The notes beneath the pieces were generated by a model. It had not been told where the DNA came from and ran no database searches. It worked only from the letters and a program-made list of their open reading frames with translations. A DNA stretch of 46,220 bases from a virus (Duplodnaviria > Caudoviricetes): IMG/VR virus record IMGVR_UViG_3300048998_000068, positions 1 to 46,220 of that record, one strand, 5' to 3'. Below, one piece after another: positions 1 through 9,200 of this stretch; positions within the stretch are counted from its first letter, which is position 1; each line of letters opens with the position of its first letter. The translations under genes and the position numbers were made by a program.

Positions 1-26
1 TCGCTTCAAACTTCACATTCCAAACT
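1..26. repeat. Terminal direct repeat, left copy (circular assembly overlap)
   Basis: tcgcttcaaacttcacattccaaact at 1-26 is identical to 46195-46220, and a reading frame is continuous across the join. Confidence 0.95.
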
Positions 27-1195
27 GAATTGTTTAGAAATTCCCACTTCGTCGATCCCATAATCGTACACGGACGAGCGTGCTTGATTATCACCCCGGC
101 GCCGGTCTTTGTTACGGTCGACGGATCCGCGACGTTCCAGAGCGTGTTGTTTCTAACAATCCCGTACCCCTCAAAAATTCCAATCTGCCGACTATTTTCC
201 GTAGCATTACCACCGGTATCAGCATTCGTTCGGTCAAAATTATTTGAAACATAATTCCGATCGAGTAAAATCGCGTCAGGATCGGCCCCAACGTAAATGC
301 CAGAACAATTCGAATTATCCGTACAATCAACGTCATGGACATACGAATTTTGTATTGTGTCGCCGCTAGCATTTATAAAAATTCCTGCGCGCTCCGCTTC
401 GCCAAAAACATTTCCCACTTCGATTCCGTCAAGGGTTACGTACGGAGCATCGAGAATGTAAACCGGTGAGAGCGGCGCGGAGCTATTGCTTGAGTTAGAA
501 AATTTTGGATGATGGCCCGGATAAGCCTTGATAACGATCGGATCTGTCGACGTACCCGTAACAGCCCGGAGCCAAAATTGATGAACGGTAGTTCCGCCCC
601 CATCGCCCGGTGTGTACGTCGTGGTATACGTACCGTCCTTGAACCAAAAATGATCACCGGCAATCGGAAAATGCCAATTAGCCGGTTTTTCGGAATCGAC
701 CGGATTATAAAAATACGCAAATGGTAGATAATCTTTGCAGGGATTTGCTGGATCTAAACACGTTCGACCATTAACGCCGACTGTCCAATCGAAATAATAA
801 TCGTGCCCGCTACCAGTTGCTTCCGTTGGCGGTGTTGCCGTACACGCGGTATATGTTCCGTTTGCTTGGCATTTCCTATATTGCCCGGCGCTGCAGCCTG
901 TGGTGACATAGGCTAACGGAATATCCTTTCGATCGTGATCGTTACAATCGGTTCCACCGTCCGGAACGCTCGCAAATCCGTCGCCGTCAGCATCCGGCGT
1001 CGGGCGTAATTTATCACACCCGAGCGTTCCGCCAGCCGTGTAAGGAACAACGGCATCAATATATCCAGTCGGACAGCTGCCAGCGGTATATGCGGAAGCA
1101 TTATCAACGCCGTCGCCGGGAAGTTCAACCGGAGTTATTGCGCCCGCGAACGCAGGCCAAAGAAGGAAAAGAAAAGCCGGAATAAAGCGCCGCAA
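1..1195 (-). CDS. 5' part of a ~623-aa secreted right-handed beta-helix (pectate-lyase-like) protein spanning the circular junction and continuing at 46194-45518
   Basis: Hand translation from TTG at 1195 gives MRRFIPAFLFLLWPAFAGA (signal peptide), then DADGDGF..DCND (MopE-like metal-binding motif), AGDHFWFKDGTY, GTSTDPIVIKAYPG and YVTLDGIEV..IQNSYVHD. The frame is open to base 1 and in frame with ORF 45518..46210. Confidence 0.85.
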   Translation of the reverse strand, partial: MRRFIPAFLFLLWPAFAGAITPVELPGDGVDNASAYTAGSCPTGYIDAVVPYTAGGTLGCDKLRPTPDADGDGFASVPDGGTDCNDHDRKDIPLAYVTTGCSAGQYRKCQANGTYTACTATPPTEATGSGHDYYFDWTVGVNGRTCLDPANPCKDYLPFAYFYNPVDSEKPANWHFPIAGDHFWFKDGTYTTTYTPGDGGGTTVHQFWLRAVTGTSTDPIVIKAYPGHHPKFSNSSNSSAPLSPVYILDAPYVTLDGIEVGNVFGEAERAGIFINASGDTIQNSYVHDVDCTDNSNCSGIYVGADPDAILLDRNYVSNNFDRTNADTGGNATENSRQIGIFEGYGIVRNNTLWNVADPSTVTKTGAGVIIKHARPCTIMGSTKWEFLNNSVWNVKFEA

Positions 1196-1196
1196 A

Positions 1197-1454
1197 TTAC
1201 GCACCATCGGTTTTTGGTAACGTCGGCGCAGCAACCGTTTTAGTTGCTTTTACCCGACCATATAAGGCCATTAGATTAGCGCCGACCGTCACGACGACCA
1301 AAAGATTGTCGACCGTATTTTGAATGTCTTCCGGGCCAATCTCGTAATGCCAATGCAACTTAACGTAACTTGCGAGCGCGCCCAAAAGCGAAATGAGGAT
1401 CGCCCGAACGGTAAAACTTTGAGAAAAAGGTTTTTCGCCGGACGATAACGACAT
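1197..1454 (-). CDS. Holin-like membrane protein
   Basis: 85 aa with two hydrophobic segments and a KPFSQSFTV...ALYGRVKA pattern typical of small phage holin-like proteins; lies in the lysis region. Confidence 0.6.
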   Translation of the reverse strand: MSLSSGEKPFSQSFTVRAILISLLGALASYVKLHWHYEIGPEDIQNTVDNLLVVVTVGANLMALYGRVKATKTVAAPTLPKTDGA

Positions 1455-1456
1455 AA

Positions 1457-1666
1457 TTATTTCTTCGCTTCTGCAACAATTGCGTTTAACAAAGCACTCG
1501 ATCGAAGGTAATTAGCCTTCGCGTCCGCCGTCAACGTTGTGTCGGCGGTAACATATTGGTCATGCCGTGCGGTCACGTCAGCAATCGAACCTTCAATGGC
1601 CGAGACATTGATTTGTCCTTTTGCGCAACCGCTGAAAACCAACACTGTAAATAGTAATTTTTTCAA
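1457..1666 (-). CDS. Small lipoprotein, possible o-spanin-like lysis protein
   Basis: MKKLLFTVLVFSG-C lipobox, 69 aa, lies in the lysis region. Confidence 0.55.
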   Translation of the reverse strand: MKKLLFTVLVFSGCAKGQINVSAIEGSIADVTARHDQYVTADTTLTADAKANYLRSSALLNAIVAEAKK

Positions 1667-2037
1667 GTTAATGCCCCTTTTGCTGCGTTAATTCCCAACT
1701 GCAACAATGCGTTTGCAACCTTCGTCGCCACTGTTACAATTTCTTTAGTTGCCCGATCGAAAATCTCACGTTCGTTATTCGTAACACTCAATCGGCCGAG
1801 CTCCGCCAGCGCCTTGATTTGGTGAAGCAATTCGTTCCGTGAATCAGTATCACCGTTTTCGATCGCCTTTAAAAGCGCTTCGCTAATATCAACGCCATAA
1901 ACGTTGAGCTCGTCAGTAGCAACCCCGGCGAGCGAGGCGATCCCCTCATTTATAATCCCATGCAGCTGCGCGGTAATGTCAGCAAGATCGACCGTTGTTA
2001 ACGCAGCTTTGATTTCGTCAATTGACAATGATGACAT
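1663..2037 (-). CDS. Hypothetical alpha-helical protein
   Basis: 124-aa ORF tightly coupled to its neighbours; amphipathic helices and no clear TM segment. Confidence 0.6.
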   Translation of the reverse strand: MSSLSIDEIKAALTTVDLADITAQLHGIINEGIASLAGVATDELNVYGVDISEALLKAIENGDTDSRNELLHQIKALAELGRLSVTNNEREIFDRATKEIVTVATKVANALLQLGINAAKGALT

Positions 2038-2039
2038 GG

Positions 2040-2996
2040 CTATGACCTTAAAAATTCTTTATAAAAATTAACGTGCGAATCGTCCAGAATTTTATACGGA
2101 CGTTTGTTTGCCGGAACCGGTCCAATATTCGACCGCCCCTGATTTCCCGCCTGCCAAGCAATAAATGTGCTTCCAAGCGTTTCGGCTTTTAACTCCATTT
2201 GCTTGGCGAGCTCCGCCGAGATATCGCCGCTAGATGCATTCTCGCCCGGAAAGGTAAATCCGCATCCGTCGTTCGTAATAACCCCACCTCGAGTCGATAC
2301 GGCGCCAATGGAGCATGGATGCGTTTCCGTATAAAGTCCGGCCGGAGTTCCGCCGGAGCCACCGTTTCGACCCAAAACAACACCGGGTAAATTTGCGCCC
2401 TTTGTCCATGAGACGAGCACGTTAAACGCACCTAAGTCCATATTGTCTTCCAGCTGTGCCACGACGCGCCCTTTTCCACCTCGCGATGCAATCAGCTGCA
2501 GGATCGGCCGGAGCGCTTCCAGCTTGCTAAGATAAAGCGTCTTCAGCCCGAAGTCGCCTTTCTTAAGTTTCGCGATCATGTCCTTTGCGGAAATATGCAC
2601 GTCCGCGCTCGTATCTACTCCGCTATTCCGCTGCCCGGGCCCATTGAGCACGTAAAAAGTAAAATCACCCTTCCGGCCATTCGCCGTTAATGCCATAACG
2701 TCAGCGGTAATTGCTGCAGCGTCAAAACCAAATGTTCCATTGACTAGGTAATTTGCCGCAGGCTTATCAATACAACTTTCGACCATCGCCCGGACGAGTT
2801 GCGCACAGTTTGCGCGCGCTGCCGGTTCGCCAGAGCAATGAAGCATCGCCAACCCTCGCGTTGGCTTGGAAACCAAAGATTGGCACACCTCGCCCGCAGG
2901 CGCGCTTGGAGTCGGCACCGGTTCCGGCGTAGGCTGATCCGAATTCTTGCTCGAGCATCCAGCGAGAATAAGCGCAGCAAGAATATATTTTTTCAT
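2040..2996 (-). CDS. Lipoprotein of unknown function (318 aa)
   Basis: MKKYILAALILAG-C lipobox, Pro/Thr linker and six further Cys; ATGA overlap with the upstream gene. Confidence 0.75.
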   Translation of the reverse strand: MKKYILAALILAGCSSKNSDQPTPEPVPTPSAPAGEVCQSLVSKPTRGLAMLHCSGEPAARANCAQLVRAMVESCIDKPAANYLVNGTFGFDAAAITADVMALTANGRKGDFTFYVLNGPGQRNSGVDTSADVHISAKDMIAKLKKGDFGLKTLYLSKLEALRPILQLIASRGGKGRVVAQLEDNMDLGAFNVLVSWTKGANLPGVVLGRNGGSGGTPAGLYTETHPCSIGAVSTRGGVITNDGCGFTFPGENASSGDISAELAKQMELKAETLGSTFIAWQAGNQGRSNIGPVPANKRPYKILDDSHVNFYKEFLRS

Positions 2997-3223
2997 TTAC
3001 CTACCAATTTTAGAAAAAATGCCCCAATGGCGACAAGCACGGAAAGAGAAGCGCCAAGAAACTGGATGCGATTAACGATCCGTTCCGTATCCCGTAATCG
3101 CTTTTCCACGTCATCACGCCAACGATCGAGTATTTTCGTTTCCGTGTCGGTAACTAAAACCCAATCTTCTAGTTTGCGGACACGTTCGATCAATTCGTTA
3201 CTGGTTGTTGGCGCGTTGTTCAC
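2993..3223 (-). CDS. Coiled-coil protein with C-terminal TM helix (XhlA/holin-like)
   Basis: 76 aa; charged coiled coil followed by FLGASLSVLVAIGAFFL. Confidence 0.55.
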   Translation of the reverse strand: MNNAPTTSNELIERVRKLEDWVLVTDTETKILDRWRDDVEKRLRDTERIVNRIQFLGASLSVLVAIGAFFLKLVGK

Positions 3224-3746
3224 GGATTGAATTTGCTATCTCCCGTCGTTTCGCCCGGCATTCAAGTATTTTTGCCAGCAAATCCGATCGCGTTGTTAGA
3301 TCCAGTCCAACAAGCAACGATGGAGCCAAATTTCGTCTAACACGAAGCAACGTTACTTCTAGTGCGTTAATAATTCGGTTTCGGGATATTTCGCCCTTAA
3401 CAATAAAATCGTCGGCGCCGCGCTTAACCGCTTCGTTCGACATTTCGCGATCGCCAACGCCAGTCAGGACAATAACCGGCGTTTCGGGCCAGTAGCTTTT
3501 GATTGCTTCCAAACCTTGGAATCCTTCAGCGTCGGGCAACCCTAAGTCTAGTAAGACAATATCACAGTTGCCGCCCCGGTTTAATATCTGTAACGCTTCT
3601 TTTAATGTTGCAGCTTTTTCGAGTAAAAAAGAAAACGGTTCACTTTCAACATGATCGATCGCGAGAAGCGAACTAAGCAAAACAAAGTCCGCGTGATTAT
3701 CTTCGATAACGAGGACATACAGCGGATCTTTCAGCGTGTTAGTCAT
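3198..3746 (-). CDS. Response-regulator receiver (REC/CheY-like) domain protein
   Basis: VLVIED (E15,D16), DIVLLDLGLPD (D67 phospho-acceptor), VIVLT (T95) and GADDFIVK (K117), plus a ~50-aa helical C-terminal tail. Confidence 0.9.
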   Translation of the reverse strand: MTNTLKDPLYVLVIEDNHADFVLLSSLLAIDHVESEPFSFLLEKAATLKEALQILNRGGNCDIVLLDLGLPDAEGFQGLEAIKSYWPETPVIVLTGVGDREMSNEAVKRGADDFIVKGEISRNRIINALEVTLLRVRRNLAPSLLVGLDLTTRSDLLAKILECRAKRREIANSIREQRANNQ

Positions 3747-4284
3747 TTATAACGTTTCGATAAGCGCCTGTCGTAATATGACCAATGACCCGATCGACGT
3801 AATGATGGTCTGCCCCGCCGTTGTAAAACTCGAGAGCCTTTCGAATAGTTCCGGCTTTCTTTAAGTATTTTTCAAGGATAACACAGCCGATTTCGATATT
3901 GAAAAATGGCAATATTAGTTCCGATAAGTATCTTTCCTCAAAACCATTTTCACGGGCAGTCGCACCCATAATCTGCATTAAGCCCCAGGACGTTGCCCGA
4001 TTTCGCCTTTCTGTGTCGTCAGTCGGCGGAACTTGACTTGGAATGTATCCGGTCAAAGTAAGCTTGGCGATGTATTTTAGGAAAAACCGATCTTCGTAGC
4101 GATTGGAGAAAATCGCATTCATTAACGAAGTTCCTGAAACGCTTTCTTCGTAAACGACCGCCGCAACCGTTTTTGCGTCCAGACCATGGCGCGCGGCTAT
4201 CGACCCAATGGTTCCGGTTAAATAGCTTTTAATTCCCCGATCGGACGAAAGGGAGATTATCAATTCAGTCATTGGATCAATCAT
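3739..4284 (-). CDS. Endolysin, soluble lytic transglycosylase (SLT/lysozyme-like fold)
   Basis: AVVYEES (catalytic Glu), SWGLMQIMGATARE and ALEFYNGG motifs. Confidence 0.85.
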   Translation of the reverse strand: MIDPMTELIISLSSDRGIKSYLTGTIGSIAARHGLDAKTVAAVVYEESVSGTSLMNAIFSNRYEDRFFLKYIAKLTLTGYIPSQVPPTDDTERRNRATSWGLMQIMGATARENGFEERYLSELILPFFNIEIGCVILEKYLKKAGTIRKALEFYNGGADHHYVDRVIGHITTGAYRNVIND

Positions 4285-4597
4285 TCGAGAGCTCTAGTTT
4301 CTCGAGATACTGAATAATAAAAACGTTCGATTCCACCGGGTATTCGACGGTCGAAAAAGCATTCTGCAAGAACCGAAATTCAGGCCCCGTAAGTGCTAAT
4401 ATTCGATTTTTATCCTTCAACATTTCATCCAAAACGCTTGTTATGTTTCTTAAAAGCGTTTGTCCGTAATAATTGAGCCCGGCCGGATTTGCCCGGCGAA
4501 CCGTATCAAGCATGACACGGCGAAACGTCGCAAGATGGTCCTCGCCTTCCGGCAAAGTAAAACCGTCAAGCTTAACGGTTAAGTCGATATCCTTCAT
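4277..4597 (-). CDS. Hypothetical protein, possible fibre assembly chaperone
   Basis: 106 aa, coupled ORF downstream of the tail fibre gene. Confidence 0.5.
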   Translation of the reverse strand: MKDIDLTVKLDGFTLPEGEDHLATFRRVMLDTVRRANPAGLNYYGQTLLRNITSVLDEMLKDKNRILALTGPEFRFLQNAFSTVEYPVESNVFIIQYLEKLELSND

Positions 4598-4809
4598 ACT
4601 TTCCCTAAAACAGTGTTAATATTCGGAACGGCATTTGCTGCAGCACCGCGAACACAGGCATCTAGCTTATGTCGAAAAACGCTTTCTTCGTGCAGCTGCA
4701 TCCATTGGATATTCGTTCCGTTCCAATTATTTGGCCGCGGATTAAACATCACGTAGGCTTCCGCCAGCGATTCGGCGTGATCGTCGGGAATCGAAAATTT
4801 AATTTCCAT
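4594..4809 (-). CDS. Hypothetical protein
   Basis: 71 aa, immediately after the tail fibre gene; ATGA overlap with the next gene. Confidence 0.5.
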   Translation of the reverse strand: MEIKFSIPDDHAESLAEAYVMFNPRPNNWNGTNIQWMQLHEESVFRHKLDACVRGAAANAVPNINTVLGKV

Positions 4810-4811
4810 AA

Positions 4812-6284
4812 CTAGCCTGTGTATATTATCCCGTAAACAATCGCCATTCCACTATCGTCGAATTCTGCAACGTCAAAAGCTTTTCCTAGAGTCGGCTGAT
4901 CTTCGTCGTGCTGCGCTTCCCTCGCCTTAACCTTTCCCGGCACGACGGAAGCAACAAGGCGAGTTCCAATTAGAATTGGCCCACCATGATTAACGCACGG
5001 CCAGCCTAGCACCGGATCCGCTTCCGTATCGCCTAGCGCCGCAACCAAATGTTGGTTATCGCTCCGCCCATGATAAATCCCGAAACATGCCGCTGAATTC
5101 TCGCGCGTTGTTTTAACTGCAATCCGACCGGCAATGAGCGACACGACATCACCGATTTGAACATCCGGCGCAACGTCCGCAACCGGATGGCAACCGGTGA
5201 AAGTCGAATATACAGTTGCCCACATGCCCGAAAATTTACTGCCGGAGCTCCCGACGTAAGTTGCTCCCACACCGGGTTTCATACCCGGCACGCCAACCGA
5301 GTTAAATTTACAAAGCGCGCCTGTCGTATTATTGCTTACATCAACTTCCAGATCGCCAAGTAAATTTAACGGCACACCCGGATATCCGAGCATCCCTACA
5401 GTGTAAATACTAGACCAATAATTAGTCGGACTTCCAAAACTCTGCAGGTTATTCAAGTAAGGAACAACGTTTCCGGTCGGCGACTGGATAATCATTCCAC
5501 GCGTGTTATTGTTGACATAAAACGATATCGGCGAACTTGTCGACGTGCCGAAAGTCATTGCCGTTCCAACACTGAACGACGAACATCCGCCCATGCTAGT
5601 AATATCAAAATTCGTTCCCGCCGCAGCCGCTAAAAGCTGCGCTCGCGCCGTATTTTGATAAAGCAATCCGAGCGCAGCAATTTCGGTCAAGTAATTTGCT
5701 ATTTTCAAAGCGCCGATTTGTTCCGGCGTTGTCGCGTGTGGATTCGAAGTATTGGTAACATGCGCGGAAAGAGTTGCAGCGGAGGCCGCTGCGATATTAT
5801 TTCGCGCGGCCGGAGCGTCGGATAAATCAGAAAGATTTAAAGTCTTAGCGAGCGCGCCCGCCTGCGCAGCCGTCACATTATGCGGATTGCTTAAATTCGC
5901 CGTATGCGCATTAAACGCCGCAACGGTCGGAGCGCCAACTTGCGTCGCTGTCGTATTGTGCGGGTTATCTGTCCGGCCGGTATGACCATTAAACATAATC
6001 AGGTCAGGAGCTCCGACTTGCACCGCCGTCGTATTGTGCGGGTTTAAAGTCGAATTGACGTGGCCCGTTATATGCGGCATCGCATCGACCCAAGCCATAC
6101 CATTCCAAGTCTGAATCGTTTCCGGCGTCGTGCCGGTATTTAAACGCTTAGTTCCGACAACGTGATTAGTATCTCCGACATCATAGGACATCGTTTTTAT
6201 AGCGTTAAACCGCGTAACAACCGCTGCCGGAAAATCGAGAACCAACGTTAAAACCGTTGGATCTAACCAATTTATTGCACTCAT
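4812..6284 (-). CDS. Tail fibre / receptor-binding protein with probable C-terminal intramolecular chaperone
   Basis: Four HxxxxxNPHxxTxxQxGA repeats, a LNLSDLSDAPAARNNI fibre motif and a C-terminal domain starting STFTGCH; follows the tail hub gene. Confidence 0.75.
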   Translation of the reverse strand: MSAINWLDPTVLTLVLDFPAAVVTRFNAIKTMSYDVGDTNHVVGTKRLNTGTTPETIQTWNGMAWVDAMPHITGHVNSTLNPHNTTAVQVGAPDLIMFNGHTGRTDNPHNTTATQVGAPTVAAFNAHTANLSNPHNVTAAQAGALAKTLNLSDLSDAPAARNNIAAASAATLSAHVTNTSNPHATTPEQIGALKIANYLTEIAALGLLYQNTARAQLLAAAAGTNFDITSMGGCSSFSVGTAMTFGTSTSSPISFYVNNNTRGMIIQSPTGNVVPYLNNLQSFGSPTNYWSSIYTVGMLGYPGVPLNLLGDLEVDVSNNTTGALCKFNSVGVPGMKPGVGATYVGSSGSKFSGMWATVYSTFTGCHPVADVAPDVQIGDVVSLIAGRIAVKTTRENSAACFGIYHGRSDNQHLVAALGDTEADPVLGWPCVNHGGPILIGTRLVASVVPGKVKAREAQHDEDQPTLGKAFDVAEFDDSGMAIVYGIIYTG

Positions 6285-9200
6285 CTAGCGATTCCCCTGG
6301 CTAACCAACCCACTTTTAAATCAATCCGTTGACCGTTTGTCGGACTAGTCGGATCCGCATCGTAAACCAACACCTTAAAATCTACCGGATAAGGTCCATC
6401 TAGGAAATTGGTAATTGCAACAGCTATTTTGTAGGCACTTCCGTTGACGTTTGGTGTAACCGTCGGCGGTCCATCAACATCAATAAATGAAATATTAAAT
6501 GGAATTGTTGTTCCGCCCACATCCGAAGCAACTGCGTTAGCGGTTCCCGAATCAGTCCGAAGCTTAACAGCAAGCTTTAATCTCAAATGCTCGAGGAAAG
6601 TTAAATCGGAATTAACAAGCGCATTAATTTCGATTCGAATTTTCAAATAACGAAGATCGGGAATAAGCGCGGAAGGTCCAGAAATTCCCGACGTATAGGT
6701 AACACCGTCAGTTGACGCAAAAAAACGAATAACAACAACTGGATTCCCGAATTGATCCGTCCGCGTCATTTGCAACGTCGCGATCGTTGCCGGAAGCACA
6801 GCGCCAAAATCAATTACTTTCTCAACAAACGCCACTGTCGGATTTGACGGCTGAACATATATTGGAAACCCTGCATTGGCTTGATCTCGCAACGTGTTCC
6901 AACCGTTGTCCGCAAAATGTTCCGCCCATGTTCGACCAAGTATGACCGGCGCAACAATACCGCCCCGCACGACAACGGCATTTGTTAGCGTCACCGTCGA
7001 TAAATCAATTTCCTGATCGTACTGAAGTTTATAATCCGGCGGTTGATTAACAAGCGCCATAATTTTGGATGCCGGACCGATATTCCCGGCCGTATCGATC
7101 GGCTGCACATAGTAAGAATATGTGCCGGAAGCTTGTTCAAAAACAGTTGTGAAAGTTCCGGCCGATTCTCCGACTAAATCGGCGCTCGCAAATACATCAC
7201 CTTTAAAAATCTTATAGACCTTAATTGGAACCGTCAGCGCATCCGGCGCCAACCAACGAAGCAACACATTATTATCGACAACCTCCGCCGAGAGACTTCG
7301 AACCGCCGTTGGCACTTGAACCACAACGTCGATCGGCGCAGGCATTCCTAGATTCAGCGCCACGTCGCGCGCGGAAATCCAGAACCGACGAGAACCGCCC
7401 CACGCAATCATAAGCGTGTAAGTCGTGCCTGCAACATTGGCTGCGACCAAAATTGAATCGGCATAAATATCGCCATATCTGATTTCGTAATCGCGAACCG
7501 CAAACTGCCCGGCTGCGACCTGCGGCCACGTTAAAAGCAAATCACCGCCAATAATTCGAAAGGCCGGTTCGACCATTCCTGGCGCTTGGATTTCAACGGT
7601 CGCGTAACAATCCCCCGATTCATTACCCGACCGGTCAACAGCACGCATGATAAAATTATACGTGCCAGCGGCTTTTATGTTCCAAGTGTAATTCGACTTC
7701 GGATGTGCTTCGATTGTAACAATCGTTGCCGGATCCTCGCTCCATGTTGTTCCAAGTCGAATAATATAGGCGTCCGCGTCCACGTCAGTGATCGGAGTCC
7801 AAGAAAAATAAATTCCATACGCCTGCGCGACTGCCGAAAAGTTTGTTGGCGTTGTCGGATTCGCAGTTTGTCCGATAACGAAATATCCGTTTATCGTTAC
7901 CCAGGAACTTGGATTCCCGATTCCGTTTCGCGAACGGATCCGAACATTGATAAACACGCCGTCCGGCGCATCCGAAATGTAGGCAAGACTATTGCTTCCC
8001 GGAATCGGCGTTGTATCGGTCCATTCCGTTGAGCCAATCACTTGCCACTGGATTTGATAATTTCCGTCATTCTTAACGTATGGATCCGCCGTCGGCGTCC
8101 AGGTAATTTTAACCCGCGTTATAATGGATCCGTCTGTGCGCTTAAGCAGTTGCGCCGTGCTGGAATCGAGAACAACGTTAGTCGGAGGAAGAACGTAATT
8201 TGGATCCGGTAAGTTGGTATTAGGCGCAACGTCAACGGTCGTTTGCTCGCCGTTATTCCAAAGATACACGCCCGGCGCAGTTTCCTGGCAACCAAGTTTT
8301 ACCAAGATTTCCGGCACACTTCCGGCCGACTGCGTTTGCAATTCCCAGGTTACAACCTTAAACGCTTTCGCTATCCAACCAAAATCAGGATCGTTAATAT
8401 AAACATTATCGGCGAGCTCGAGTTGATACGCTTTCAGCGAAAAAACGCGCTCGAAATAAATTCCTTGGCGCGCTTGTTCCAAATAAATTTTCGCGATGCG
8501 CTGGCAAAGCACAACGTCATTGGTAAACGGTAACGTAATGTCCTGCGTTATTTCCTCGCCATCTTCGGCGAGATAAAGCGCATTCGTTACAGCCGGGTAA
8601 TTCGTTTCTTGCCAGTTGCCCCATGGCCCTACAAATTTGCCCGTCACGGTATTAAAGGCGTCCGTGCGGTCAAGGTGCGTCGTTAGAGACATCGACCCAC
8701 GAATATCGTCAGCAGTCAGCGTTATGGCCGGTTCCCGCCACGCGCCCGGAAAGACTTTCCACCGGCCGGAGGTAAATACAACGTCGCCACCAATAGCCGA
8801 AGCCATTTTGCGAAGAATATCGATTGGATTCGTTGCTGAAGAAAGAGAAAAAACACCGTCGATTTTATATTGCGGAACACCATTAATTGTAATGTCGCAA
8901 ACGTCCGCAGCATATTTGATATTTTCCCAATCAACTTCGTTTGTGAAGTCGGCCGAACATCCCCAATCGGCTTGTGTTATGTAATCGGCAATGCACAATG
9001 CGCCGTTATTCGTGTAGCCGGTAATACCGTTTCGCGGATCGAAAATATCCGCTTTCATGTCACCTTCGATTTGAATCGTCGGGTTTCCGTTCGGGTAACG
9101 AATCGGATCGTAGTACATGATAAAATACACACTGGCGTTGCCCGCCTGCCGATGTGCTTCAGTCCAGAGACTTGGAAAGAGAATTGCGCTTTGACCAACA

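Noticed and set aside
1-26. Terminal repeat as biological direct terminal repeats or att sites
   Set aside because: It falls inside a coding sequence and the phage has an HNH/P27 cos-type packaging module, so an assembly overlap is the better explanation.
30-1128. Short ORFs in the track (30..254, 112..372, 436..720, 509..727, 913..1128)
   Set aside because: They are shadows of the real junction-spanning gene.
3198-3223. Programmed frameshift fusing REC to the downstream TM protein
   Set aside because: The frames overlap by 26 nt, but I see no slippery sequence or stimulatory structure.
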